A stretch of DNA of 64,000 nucleotides from Chloroflexota bacterium (GCA_029262675.1 JAJCYW010000010.1:129166-193165), one strand, 5' to 3'; shown: positions 18,913 through 28,109, counted from the first letter of the stretch. Numbers and translations: made by a program. Notes: generated from the sequence alone by a model not told the origin.

Positions 18913-20013
18913 TCAGCCCTTCGTTACGGTAGCACGGGCGGTCTCTTCTGTAAACGACTCCACCAGTTGCGCGTAGATCCGCTCCATCTGTGCGGCGTTC
19001 TCCTCCCAGCGATAGCGCTCCTCCACCAGAGCTCGGCCGGCCGCGCCCAACGTCGCGCGCAGCTCCGCGTTCCCCACCAGCGTGAGGATCGATGCCGCCA
19101 GCGCGCCCGCGTCGCCCGGCGGCGTGAGGATGCCGGTGCGGCCGTCCGTGACGACGTCCGGGATGCCGTGGACGTCTGAGCCCACGACTGGCAGTGTCAT
19201 CGCCGCCGCTTCGATTGCGGCGACTCCGAAGCCTTCTGCCGTGGAGGGGATTGCGAAAATGTCTAACCCGGCCAGCGTCGACGGCACGTCGGCGTGTTCG
19301 ATTTCGCCCAGGAAGCCGACTGCCTCCACTATGCCGAGCTCTCCGGCGAGCCGCGTCAGCTTCTCGCGCTCGGGCCCGTCCCCGGCCAGCACGATGCGAA
19401 TCGGGACGCCGTCGCCGACTAGGCTGGCTGCCGCGCGCAGCAGTACGTCGAAGCCTTTCTCGGGAGATAGCCGACCGACGGAGCCGACGACAATCGGCCC
19501 ACCTGTCGTCTCGCGCGGCTGCGGACGGAACCGGTCGAGGTCGACGCCGTACGGCACGACGGTCACCGGCGTCGCTTCCGGCGCGTAGGGCAGCGTCGCG
19601 TTGGCCAGCCGCAGGCCGGTGGCAGTTATCTGGTCGGCCTTGGCCAGTGCGTGGCGAGTTATGCGGCCGTGGAGGGGTGAAATGCCGGGCGCTTCGAGGA
19701 TATCCGTCCCCCAGACCGACGTCAGCAGTGGCCTGCGGCCACAGAGCGTAGCCAGGAAGCCGTAGCTCGTCAGGTGCATCGCGTGGAGCAGGTCGGGCTG
19801 GAGTTGCCGCACCAGCCGCCGCACCCGCCGGGCGTGCGCCAGATACCGCAGCTTGCCCAGCCGTTCCAGGCCGTGGATGTGGTGGACCTCCGCGCCCTCG
19901 ATCGCCGCCGGCCGGAACGAGACGACGTGCGCCTCCCAGCCCGCGCTGGCGAAGTGCTCTACCCAGCGGCGGGTGTGGATGTAGGGTGCATCAGCCAGGT
20001 AGACGACGCGCAT
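18913..20013 (-). CDS. Family 4 glycosyltransferase (GT4, Glycos_transf_1)
   Basis: MRVVYLADAPYIHTRRWVEHF...; C-terminal EX7E-like region (GRLSPEKG..., EGFGVAAIEAAAMTLPVVGS). Confidence 0.8.
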   Translation of the reverse strand: MRVVYLADAPYIHTRRWVEHFASAGWEAHVVSFRPAAIEGAEVHHIHGLERLGKLRYLAHARRVRRLVRQLQPDLLHAMHLTSYGFLATLCGRRPLLTSVWGTDILEAPGISPLHGRITRHALAKADQITATGLRLANATLPYAPEATPVTVVPYGVDLDRFRPQPRETTGGPIVVGSVGRLSPEKGFDVLLRAAASLVGDGVPIRIVLAGDGPEREKLTRLAGELGIVEAVGFLGEIEHADVPSTLAGLDIFAIPSTAEGFGVAAIEAAAMTLPVVGSDVHGIPDVVTDGRTGILTPPGDAGALAASILTLVGNAELRATLGAAGRALVEERYRWEENAAQMERIYAQLVESFTEETARATVTKG

Positions 20014-20073
20014 CGTAGTTGGAGTGTACGCCGCGGGCGCTGGCCTGCCAACTGGGGCTACGGCGCTACGCCG

Positions 20074-21288
20074 CTATGCCTCGCTTGCCCGTCCCGCCAG
20101 TCTGTAATACCAGGCCTCCATCCGTGCCATGTTCGTCTCGTTGACGCCGTACTCCTCGACGAACGGCCGGTTGGCTTCCGCCGCGCTACGGCGCAGACCG
20201 TCGTCGCCCAGCGCGCGGCTGATCGCGTCTGCCAACGCCCCTTCGTCTCGGGGCGGCACGCGCAGACCGGTCACGCCGTCGTCGACCAGCTCCTGCTGGC
20301 TCGGCAGGTCGCTAACGATGGGGAAGCAGCCGGCCGCCTGCGCCTGCAGCAGCGCGACGGACGTACCATCTGACGACGGCACCGAGACGAAGACGTGGGC
20401 TTCGGCCAGACGGCTGCGGAACTCGTCCTGCCCCAGCGTGCCGGTGAAATCCGCCGCGCCGCCCAGGCCCAGCCGCTCCGCCTCCCGCTCCAGTCCCGCG
20501 CGCAAGCGGCCGTCTCCCGCCACGACGAGGCGCACGCGCGGCATCCGGTCGCGGACGCGTACCATGGCGCGAAGGATCACGTCGATGTTGTAGAGCGGCG
20601 TATCGAGCGAGCGCGTGCTGATCACGGTTGGCGGCCGGGCCGGGTCGGGCGGGTGCGCGTTCACTGACAGTGGGGCGCCTTCAACAAACGCGCGGTCGAC
20701 GCCTAAGACGATCTGCTGCACGCGCGCGCGGTCGATGCCCAGGCGTGTCACCATCTCTCGCGCCATGTGGCGGTTGTTCGCGGTCGCTAGGTCGCAGCGG
20801 CGCAGGACGAATCGCGCCAGCGCGCGGTTGAGCGGCGAGTTCGCCGCCTCGACGAGCACATCCGACCCCCAGGCCGACACGACGTAAGGACGGAAGTTGG
20901 CCGCCGTCGCGTAGAGGCCGTGCTCGACGACGAAGTGCGCGTGCAGCACCTCGGGCGCGATTGACCGGACGGTGGCCTCGATGCCCGCGCGGCGGTAGCG
21001 CACCAGGTTCGCGATGCGCTGTACGCCGGGCGGTAACAGCGCGGCCAGTCGAGACGCGCTGGCGTTTGGGCCACCCGCACGACGATCGCCGCCGCCGGAC
21101 GGTCGCAGTACGTGGACGGTCACGCCTTCCGGTGGCCGCGCCGGCGTGTAGAACGAGACGCCGTGCATCTCGTGGCCGCGCGCGACGAAGTAGCGCATCC
21201 AGCTCTGCGTATGCACGCCGTCCAGGTCGCCAGCGACGCAGATGCGCAGGCGGCGGTCAGGTTCCAGCGGTTCGATGTCCGACTTCAC
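20074..21288 (-). CDS. Family 4 glycosyltransferase (GT4)
   Basis: GTG 21288 (VKSDIEPLEPDRRLRICVAGDLDGVHTQSWMRYFVARGHEMHGVSF...) forms a GTGA overlap with the flippase stop. Upstream part of the 667-aa ORF is a shadow of the flippase gene. Confidence 0.75.
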   Translation of the reverse strand: MKSDIEPLEPDRRLRICVAGDLDGVHTQSWMRYFVARGHEMHGVSFYTPARPPEGVTVHVLRPSGGGDRRAGGPNASASRLAALLPPGVQRIANLVRYRRAGIEATVRSIAPEVLHAHFVVEHGLYATAANFRPYVVSAWGSDVLVEAANSPLNRALARFVLRRCDLATANNRHMAREMVTRLGIDRARVQQIVLGVDRAFVEGAPLSVNAHPPDPARPPTVISTRSLDTPLYNIDVILRAMVRVRDRMPRVRLVVAGDGRLRAGLEREAERLGLGGAADFTGTLGQDEFRSRLAEAHVFVSVPSSDGTSVALLQAQAAGCFPIVSDLPSQQELVDDGVTGLRVPPRDEGALADAISRALGDDGLRRSAAEANRPFVEEYGVNETNMARMEAWYYRLAGRASEA

Positions 21289-22634
21289 GATTGCTTCCCG
21301 GCCAGGCGGCGCTGCGCCGCCTCGACGTAGCGGCGCAGGTCGTCGCCGCGGACGACGAGCGCGCCGGCCATCGGGTTGCCGGAGAGCCGCCCGTATGCCA
21401 CCAGCGACAGCGCGAAGTGGACGCCGTAGGCGATAGTCGACGCGATCGCCGCGCCGGTGACGTCGAACGCCGGGATCAGGAGGAAGTCGGCGATCAGCGT
21501 CACCGCCAGCGCCACCACAGTTATCAGGCTGTTCGTCAGCGGCTTTCCCTGGCTGAAGATGTAGCTGCTGAGGATCTTCGAGCCCGCCAGCGCCACTGTC
21601 CCCGGCAACAGCCACAGCAGCGGGACAACCGACTCCTCGAACTCCGCGCCGAACAGCCTTTCCACCAGCCACGGCGAAACGGCGGCGAGCGCTAGCGCCC
21701 CGAGGGCGCTGATGAAGAGCGTATTCCGGCAGACGATGGGCGTCGTGCGCGCGGCCTCGTCCACTGGGGCGGCCGTGAGGCGCGGCAACAGCACGACCGC
21801 CACGGCGTTGGCGAGGAACCAGACGCTCTGGCTGAGCGTGACGCTGACCGCGTAGACGCCGACGCCCGCCGTGCTCACAAAGAGCAGGACGATGTACTGG
21901 TCGATACGGTAGTTCAGCAACTGCACCAGGTTGCCCACCTGGCCCTGCATCCCGAATCGCACCTGTCGCGCCAGCGACGCCACGTCGACTCGCAGCAGCG
22001 CAGCCGGCTGCATCCCCCGGGCGCCTAGCAGCGCGAACGCAAGCAGCGTCGCCACGAGCGAACCGCCGCTCCAGCACAGCACGGCCGACGTCGTATCGAT
22101 TTCGCCGAACGCGGCGACGACGCCCAGCAGGCCTAGCAGCGTCACGGGCTGCGCCAGCACCACGGCATTCATTGCGCCGAAGCGGTTTTCGCCCTGCAGG
22201 ATGTTGGTGAGGATATAGAAGTTGACGAAGAGCGGCACCGCAAATGCGAACGCCCAGATCGGCGCGTCGTTGTCGAGCAGCTCGTCGCCGAACAGTGGCC
22301 AGGCGATCAGCACCAGCGCGCCGCTCACCAGCGCCGCAAGCAGTGTGACGTGCTGGCCGTTAGCGACGACGCGCGGCAGCGGCATCGTGCCCTTGCCAAG
22401 CTCGTAGATCGCGCTGACGCCGAGGCCGAGGCCGAGCACTGCCTGCGCGATCGACGCAGACAGCAGGAAGAGCGCGTACGTGCCGCGTCCCTCCGCGCCC
22501 AGCGCCCGCGCGATGATGACGCCAATAACGAACGCCAGCGCCGCGTTGGCGACGGTGGCGATGAAGACGAAGTTGACGTTGGTGAGAAAACCGCTGTCGC
22601 CTCGCGGCGTCGCTTGCGGTGCGGCGGCGGTCAC
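21285..22634 (-). CDS. wzx: Oligosaccharide/polysaccharide flippase (Wzx-like, MOP/MATE superfamily)
   Basis: 449 aa, ~12 predicted TM helices, polysaccharide_biosynth-type N-terminus (FLTNVNFVFIATVANAALAFVIGVIIARALG). Confidence 0.75.
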   Translation of the reverse strand: MTAAAPQATPRGDSGFLTNVNFVFIATVANAALAFVIGVIIARALGAEGRGTYALFLLSASIAQAVLGLGLGVSAIYELGKGTMPLPRVVANGQHVTLLAALVSGALVLIAWPLFGDELLDNDAPIWAFAFAVPLFVNFYILTNILQGENRFGAMNAVVLAQPVTLLGLLGVVAAFGEIDTTSAVLCWSGGSLVATLLAFALLGARGMQPAALLRVDVASLARQVRFGMQGQVGNLVQLLNYRIDQYIVLLFVSTAGVGVYAVSVTLSQSVWFLANAVAVVLLPRLTAAPVDEAARTTPIVCRNTLFISALGALALAAVSPWLVERLFGAEFEESVVPLLWLLPGTVALAGSKILSSYIFSQGKPLTNSLITVVALAVTLIADFLLIPAFDVTGAAIASTIAYGVHFALSLVAYGRLSGNPMAGALVVRGDDLRRYVEAAQRRLAGKQS

Positions 22635-22635
22635 G

Positions 22636-23904
22636 CTACCGGCTCCCCGCGGCGGCCGACGCCGCCGGCGCGGCGAGCGCTTCGATGGCGTCCAGTTCCG
22701 CCGCCATGCGTTCGTCCCAGGTCCAGAACTCGCGCTCCGCGTAGGCCCGTGCCGCCGCGCCGAGGCGCTGCCGCGAATCGCTGTCGCCCGCCAGAGCGAC
22801 CACGGCCTGCGCGATTGCCGGCGGATCGCCGGAGGGCAGCAGCCGTCCCGTTTCGCCGTCGCGGATCAGCTCGCCAGTCGCGCCGGCATCGACTGTCACG
22901 ATAGCCATGCCGCAGGTCATTGCCTCCAACAGCGGGTTGCCGACGTTGGAGAGGTCGGCGGGCGCGAGGAAGACGTCGCTGGCGTGCGTGTAGTCGAGGA
23001 CGGCCTCCTGCGGCACGGCTCCGGCGAATCGCACGCGCTCCGCGACGCCTAGGTCACGCCCCTGGCGTTCCAGGCGTTCACGCTCTTCCCCGTCGCCGAC
23101 GATCAGCAGAAGCGCGTGCGGGATTTCGCGAAGGATCGCGGGCATCGCGGCGATCGCGCGGTCGACGCGCTTCCAGGCGGCCAGGCGCGAGGCGGTCAGC
23201 AGTACAAACGCCTCGTCTGGCAGTCCAAGTTGCGCGCGCCGCTCCGCGCGTTCGGCCGGCGTCGCGGGTCGCAACCTGCCGAGGTCGAGACCGTTGCGCC
23301 AGAAGCGCAGCTTGTCGCCGAGGCCACCGTTCACGCGGCGCAGCACGTCGTCGCCGCGGGTGCCGTCGTTCGTCATTACGTAGAGGTCGGCCGGTAGCCG
23401 CAGGGCGCGAAACTCTTCGCACTTCCGTATCCGGCCGATAAGGCTATCGAGCACGGGATGCAGCACTGTGCCCTGGAATCGGGCAATTCTTGGCAACGCC
23501 GCGTTCAGCTTCCCGACAGCCAGCGCGCCGTGCACCTCGTACGCGTAGAGCAGGTCGACGTGCTCCCGTTCTAGCACTTGCCTCGCGCGTCGGGCGGCTA
23601 ACAGGGGAAACAGCAACGCGAAGCGCAGCTTCTGGTCGACTGTGACGAGGGGGCCAGGCAGCGGCAGGCCGGCGTTGCGGAGGCTGGGGAGGTGGAACCG
23701 CTCGAACGTGACGCCGGGTATCTGCGGCGCCTCCGAGGCCGGGTCTGGATGAGGAGTGAACGCGTTCGCGCCGACGGTTGTAGTGATATACGTCACGCGA
23801 TGACCGCGTTCACCGTATGCGCGGAGCGTGCGATACAGTGTAGGAGCGCCGCCGCGGCCCGGAAGGGTCCACACCTCCAGGGCGCTCACCATCAGTACGT
23901 GCAT
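22636..23904 (-). CDS. Family 4 glycosyltransferase (GT4)
   Basis: ATG 23904 (MHVLMVSALEVW...) with GGAGGCG RBS. Glyco_trans_4-like N-terminus and Glycos_transf_1 C-terminus (GDGEERERLE..., EAMTCGMAIVTVDAGATGELI). Confidence 0.75.
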   Translation of the reverse strand: MHVLMVSALEVWTLPGRGGAPTLYRTLRAYGERGHRVTYITTTVGANAFTPHPDPASEAPQIPGVTFERFHLPSLRNAGLPLPGPLVTVDQKLRFALLFPLLAARRARQVLEREHVDLLYAYEVHGALAVGKLNAALPRIARFQGTVLHPVLDSLIGRIRKCEEFRALRLPADLYVMTNDGTRGDDVLRRVNGGLGDKLRFWRNGLDLGRLRPATPAERAERRAQLGLPDEAFVLLTASRLAAWKRVDRAIAAMPAILREIPHALLLIVGDGEERERLERQGRDLGVAERVRFAGAVPQEAVLDYTHASDVFLAPADLSNVGNPLLEAMTCGMAIVTVDAGATGELIRDGETGRLLPSGDPPAIAQAVVALAGDSDSRQRLGAAARAYAEREFWTWDERMAAELDAIEALAAPAASAAAGSR

Positions 23905-24001
23905 CGTTCGCCTCCAGCGCAGTGTAGCCGCAGGATGGTAGGGGGGCAACGGTCTCGACACTGTGCGGAGCGGTCTGTTACCATTCGGCGTACTCCTAGG
24001 T

Positions 24002-24079
24002 CGGGGTGTAGCTCAGCCAGGCTAGAGTGCACGCTTCGGGAGCGTGAGGCCGGCAGTTCGAATCTGCCCACCCCGACCA
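24002..24079 (+). tRNA. tRNA-Pro (anticodon CGG)
   Basis: Cloverleaf read by hand: acceptor CGGGGTG/CACCCCG, D-arm GCTC..GAGT, anticodon stem CACGC/GCGTG with loop TTCGGGA, T-arm GGCAG-TTCGAAT-CTGCC, discriminator A, encoded CCA. Confidence 0.85.
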
Positions 24080-24207
24080 CTCTTTTCCTCCTGCCAAGAT
24101 CCCGCATCCGCGCCCTCCGGCGTTGGGGTTTCCCCCACTGTTTGCGACTCCAGACTCGCCCGAGACAGACTGTGGAAAACTTTTCACACTTTATGTGCGC
24201 TCACGTC

Positions 24208-24236
24208 TTGCACGGCCACAATAGCGGAGTTACAAT
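24208..24236 (+). promoter_or_regulatory. Sigma70-like promoter: TTGCAC, 17-nt spacer, TACAAT
   Basis: Read directly, ~40 nt upstream of the TPR gene start. Confidence 0.45.
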
Positions 24237-24273
24237 CCGTCGGAAATTCGGCTCCACTAAGGCACGATAGCGG

Positions 24274-25140
24274 GTGATCAGCATGTTTCAGGAAGAAGAC
24301 CACGACCAGGTACGCCGGCGTCAGGCGGAGCACGCCATCCAGCTCGCGATGGCGACTCGCTGGGAAGACGCGGTCACGGCCAACCGCTCGATCATCAAGC
24401 TGTTCCCGAACGACGCCGATTCCTACAACCGACTGGGCAAGGCGCTGATGGAATTGAACCGGTTCCCTGCGGCCAAGAGGGCCTATAAGCGCGCGCTGGA
24501 GTTAGACGGTGGCAACCAGATCGCCAAGAAGAACCTGGAGCGCATGAACTTGAAGGCCAAGGTCGGCGGCCCGGCTGAAGCGATGAAATTGGACCCCAGT
24601 CTCTTCATCGAGGAGATGGGCAAGACGGCCACGACCGTGGTGGAGAAGACCACACCGGAAGGCATCGCGAAGCTTGACGCCGGGGACCTCGTGGAGCTGC
24701 GACAGGACGGCAATGCGCTCCTCGTCGAGCTACCTGGGGGCGAGGTCATCGGTGAGGTCGAGCCTCGGCTGCGGCAGCGAGTGATCAAGCTGCTTGAGAG
24801 CGGCAACCGTTACACGGCCGCCGTGACAAAGGTCACTGACAACGAATGCCACGTCTTAATCAAGGAGACGTATAAGGACCCGAGTCAGGTCGGCCGGCCA
24901 TCGTTCCCGACTGCGGTCGTCAAGGACACGACGCGGCCGTATACGAAGAGCAAGGTACTCGACTACGGCACCGGCGACGACGAAGAGAGCACGGTCGGAG
25001 ATGCGGACGACTCAGAAGGCGCTGACGACGATTCGGACTCACCGGAGCAGGGAGGAGAGGTCGTCGCGCAGGGACGCAACGTCAGTCTGCACGCGGTCGT
25101 CGCTGCGGAGGAAGCCGCGCAGGAGGAGTTGGAAGAGTAG
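24274..25140 (+). CDS. TPR-repeat protein with acidic C-terminal tail, hypothetical
   Basis: TPR-like helices (AIQLAMATRWEDAVTANRSIIKLFPNDADSYNRLGKALMELNRFPAAKRAYKRALELD); D/E-rich C-terminus. Confidence 0.6.
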   Translation: MISMFQEEDHDQVRRRQAEHAIQLAMATRWEDAVTANRSIIKLFPNDADSYNRLGKALMELNRFPAAKRAYKRALELDGGNQIAKKNLERMNLKAKVGGPAEAMKLDPSLFIEEMGKTATTVVEKTTPEGIAKLDAGDLVELRQDGNALLVELPGGEVIGEVEPRLRQRVIKLLESGNRYTAAVTKVTDNECHVLIKETYKDPSQVGRPSFPTAVVKDTTRPYTKSKVLDYGTGDDEESTVGDADDSEGADDDSDSPEQGGEVVAQGRNVSLHAVVAAEEAAQEELEE

Positions 25141-25274
25141 CGACCACGTTCGCGCCTCGCTCGGAGTCACTCCTGACGCGTCGCTGTCAGGAGTGCTTTG
25201 TATATTAGATCAGCCGCGGCTTCAGAACGGGGCGAAGCGGACTGCCTGTCACAGCCGGGAGAACCCATATCACC

Positions 25275-26201
25275 ATGACTGAGATTGTTCGCGCGCGCGG
25301 ACTGGTCAAACGCTTCGACGGCTTGCTGGCCGTCGATGGGATCGACTTCTCGATCCGGGAAGGTGAGTGTTTCGGCCTGTTGGGGCCGAACGGCGCCGGC
25401 AAGACGAGCACGATCCGCATGATCACGTGCGTCTCTCCGGTTACGGCCGGTCAACTGCGGGTCAACGGCATGGACGTCACAACGGACCGCCGCCGCATCA
25501 AGGCGACGCTCGGCGTCGTGCCGCAGGACGAGAACCTGGACCCGGATCTGAGCGTCGCGCAGAACCTGGCAGTCTACGCCCGCTACTTCGACATACCGGC
25601 CGCCGTCGCGCGCGCCCGCAGCGACGAGATCTTGGAGCTATTCCAGCTCACGGAGAAGCGCGACGAGACCGTCGACAACCTTTCCGGTGGCATGAAGCGT
25701 CGGCTGATCGTCGCCCGCGCGCTGATCAACGAGCCAAAGATCCTCGTGCTCGACGAGCCGACGACGGGGCTCGACCCGCAGGCCCGGCACCTGGTCTGGC
25801 GCAAGCTGCGAAAGCTGCGTGAGCAAGGCATCACGACGCTGTTGACCACGCACTACATGGAAGAGGCCGCCCACCTCTGCGACCGCTTGGTGGTGATGCA
25901 CCTGGGCCACATCCTCGCCGAAGGCAGCCCCCAAGACCTGATAGAAAGGCACGTGGGCGGCCAGGTGCTGGAGCTCCGCATAGAGAGCGATGGCGACCAC
26001 GCGGATGCGCTGGCCGCGCTCCGCGATCGCGCCGATCTGCGGCTGGAGGACGTGGACGAGGCTGTCTACGCCTACAGCACTGACCAGAACTGGGATCCCG
26101 TGATGCGGGACGTCGCCTCGTTCGGCAAGGCAGCGCGGCTGCGGGAATCGACGTTGGAGGATGTCTTCCTGCAGTTGACGGGCCGGGGGCTTGACGAGTG
26201 A
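25275..26201 (+). CDS. ABC transporter ATP-binding protein (ABC-2/DrrA-like exporter)
   Basis: Walker A GPNGAGKTST, signature LSGGMKRR, Walker B ILVLDEPTTGLD. Confidence 0.9.
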   Translation: MTEIVRARGLVKRFDGLLAVDGIDFSIREGECFGLLGPNGAGKTSTIRMITCVSPVTAGQLRVNGMDVTTDRRRIKATLGVVPQDENLDPDLSVAQNLAVYARYFDIPAAVARARSDEILELFQLTEKRDETVDNLSGGMKRRLIVARALINEPKILVLDEPTTGLDPQARHLVWRKLRKLREQGITTLLTTHYMEEAAHLCDRLVVMHLGHILAEGSPQDLIERHVGGQVLELRIESDGDHADALAALRDRADLRLEDVDEAVYAYSTDQNWDPVMRDVASFGKAARLRESTLEDVFLQLTGRGLDE

Positions 26202-26980
26202 GCGTGATGGGCGTCTCCTACCGCAGCCTGCGCGTCTGGCAGCGCAACAGGGACGTAGTCCTCAAGCTTTGGTTCGCCGAGCTGGCGCCGCCCGTACTGG
26301 GCCCGATCATGGTCATCACGGCGCTCGGACTCGGCCTCGGCGTCTTTGTCGAGCTCGACGGCGAACAGGACTACATTGAGTTCCTCACGCCCGGCCTCCT
26401 CGCGCTCTTTCCCATGCTCTGGGCGATGTTGGACTGCGGCTGGGGCGCCTATGGCCGGATGAACATGCAGGGCATCTACGACGCCGTTGTGGCGACGCCG
26501 CTCAACGTGGAAGACGTGATCGCGGGGGAGATCTTCTGGGGCGCGACGCGCGGCGCGTTTCAGGCGCTGCATATCCTGATCGCGGCGCTGCTGTTCACGC
26601 CGGCCTACGGGCTGATCGATTCGCCGTTAGTGATCCTCGTCCTGCCGTTCTCGCTGCTCTACGGCATGCTCTTCGGCGCCATGGCGATGTCCTACACGTC
26701 GGTCGCGCCGTCGATGAGCTCGTATAACTTCCTCTGGGCGTTCGTGATCAACCCGATGTTCTGGTTCGGCGGCGCGTTCTACCCCACGGACCGGTTGCCC
26801 CCGTGGGCCGAGACGCTGGCGCAGTTCGTTCCCCTCACGCACGTCGTGGAGATCAACCGCGGTCTCGTGGAGGGCGAGCTGCAGTGGTCGCACCTTGGCA
26901 ACCTCGCCGTTATCGTTGCCCTGACGGCGGCGTTCTTTTCGCTCGCGCTGTGGAGTATGCGTCGGAGGCTGGTGAAGTAG
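26198..26980 (+). CDS. ABC-2 family transporter permease
   Basis: 260 aa, 6 predicted TM helices, ATGA-type coupling with the ATPase gene. Confidence 0.8.
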   Translation: MSVMGVSYRSLRVWQRNRDVVLKLWFAELAPPVLGPIMVITALGLGLGVFVELDGEQDYIEFLTPGLLALFPMLWAMLDCGWGAYGRMNMQGIYDAVVATPLNVEDVIAGEIFWGATRGAFQALHILIAALLFTPAYGLIDSPLVILVLPFSLLYGMLFGAMAMSYTSVAPSMSSYNFLWAFVINPMFWFGGAFYPTDRLPPWAETLAQFVPLTHVVEINRGLVEGELQWSHLGNLAVIVALTAAFFSLALWSMRRRLVK

Positions 26981-27205
26981 CAGGCCACCGGAGGCGGCCC
27001 GCCCGCTGACGGATGCCGCCAACACAGCGCGCCCGCTGCTGGAGTATGCGGCGGAGGCTGGTGAAGTAGCAGGCCACCGGAGGCGGCCCGCCCGCTGACG
27101 GATGCCGCCAACACAGCGCGCCCGCTGTGGAGCATGCGACGTCGGCTGGTGAAGTAGAAGGCGGGCGGAGGCGGCCCGCGCGCTAGCGGATGCCGCTGTC
27201 GTACT
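26940..27205. repeat. ~89-bp direct tandem repeat, ~2.7-3 copies, duplicating the 3' ends of two convergent genes
   Basis: Unit gc(t)gtggag(t/c)atgcg(t/g)cggaggctggtgaagtagcaggccaccggaggcggcccgcccgctgacggatgccgccaacacagcgcgccc begins near 26947, 27037 and 27124. The third copy is diverged and carries the genuine stop of the minus-strand gene (ctagcggatgccg). Confidence 0.8.
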
Positions 27206-28109
27206 GAACCAGCACCTCTGTGAACGCTGCTGGTTCGACCGATACGGTTTGCTCGTCGGCGAACGGCGGCGCGCCCGGATTGGGCGACTGCGGTTGCAGC
27301 ACGTAGCTACCCGGCAGCAGTTCGGTGTGGAATCTGCCCAGCGTGTCCGATGTCACGCTTCGGACGAGACGGCTCGCATCGTCCAGAAATGAGATCTTCG
27401 CCACAAACGGCTGATCAGGGCACGGCATGTCCTCGCGTTCGACCGGACAGATGGGGCCGATAAGCACCAGGCCGGAAATGCCGGACGGCGGCGGCAATCG
27501 CGCGATAAGGCCCGCGACGAACTGCAAGATCAACTGCGCATCGCGCGCGTCGACCGCGCCGTCCGCGTTGGCGTCGCTGCGGTCGCCGCAGGCCAGGCCA
27601 ACCAGCAGACCTGCGCCGTGTTGCAGCACGAGCGCGCTGTCGATGCTTGTGACCGCGCCGTCGCAGTCGGCGTCGCCGATGGGCGGCATTGGCAGGTCGC
27701 TTGCAGTGCCGGAGGCGACGTTGGAGTAGATGCCAGTCGCGGTGGCGAGGACGGCCGCGACGCGATACCAGTACGTTACGCCATCCTCCAGTCCGCTGTC
27801 CTCGTGCCGCGCCGTGTTAGCTGGCAGATTGGTGACCGGCACCCATGCTCCGTCCGGCCCGGACTCCGAACGCTCGACGACCCAGCCGGTCTCGCCGGCC
27901 ACGTTGTCGTCCCAGACCAACGCGATGGTCAGTCTATCGTGGACGACGTTGGCGGTGAGGTTCGTGGGCCCTATGGGCGCAGGATCGGCGAGGCCCGCCG
28001 GTCCGCCCGGGGCGGCGAACGCCAGAGAGGCGAATAGCAGCAGCGATCCGCCGACGAGCGCCGCGGCGAGTCGAATCGAGCGGCTTACTAGAGGTCGTGC
28101 GTGTGTCAT
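27183..28109 (-). CDS. Secreted FN3 + dockerin-like (tandem Ca-binding repeats) + carboxypeptidase-regulatory-like domain protein
   Basis: Signal peptide; FN3 (GVTYWYRV); dockerin-type duplicated loops DADCDGAVTSIDSALVLQ / DANADGAVDARDAQLILQ; C-terminal GSYVLQP beta-sandwich. Confidence 0.65.
   Translation of the reverse strand: MTHARPLVSRSIRLAAALVGGSLLLFASLAFAAPGGPAGLADPAPIGPTNLTANVVHDRLTIALVWDDNVAGETGWVVERSESGPDGAWVPVTNLPANTARHEDSGLEDGVTYWYRVAAVLATATGIYSNVASGTASDLPMPPIGDADCDGAVTSIDSALVLQHGAGLLVGLACGDRSDANADGAVDARDAQLILQFVAGLIARLPPPSGISGLVLIGPICPVEREDMPCPDQPFVAKISFLDDASRLVRSVTSDTLGRFHTELLPGSYVLQPQSPNPGAPPFADEQTVSVEPAAFTEVLVQYDSGIR

Noticed and set aside
17251-23441. Numerous + strand ORFs (17251-17811, 18035-18932, 19082-19751, 20961-21695, 22350-23052, 22920-23441)
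   Set aside because: Shadow ORFs antisense to the GT/flippase genes, with low-complexity R/A/P/G translations.
24080-24273. Integrase or mobile element directly downstream of tRNA-Pro
   Set aside because: Nothing of the sort is present; the tRNA is followed by a promoter and ordinary TPR/ABC genes, so no island call is made at this tRNA.
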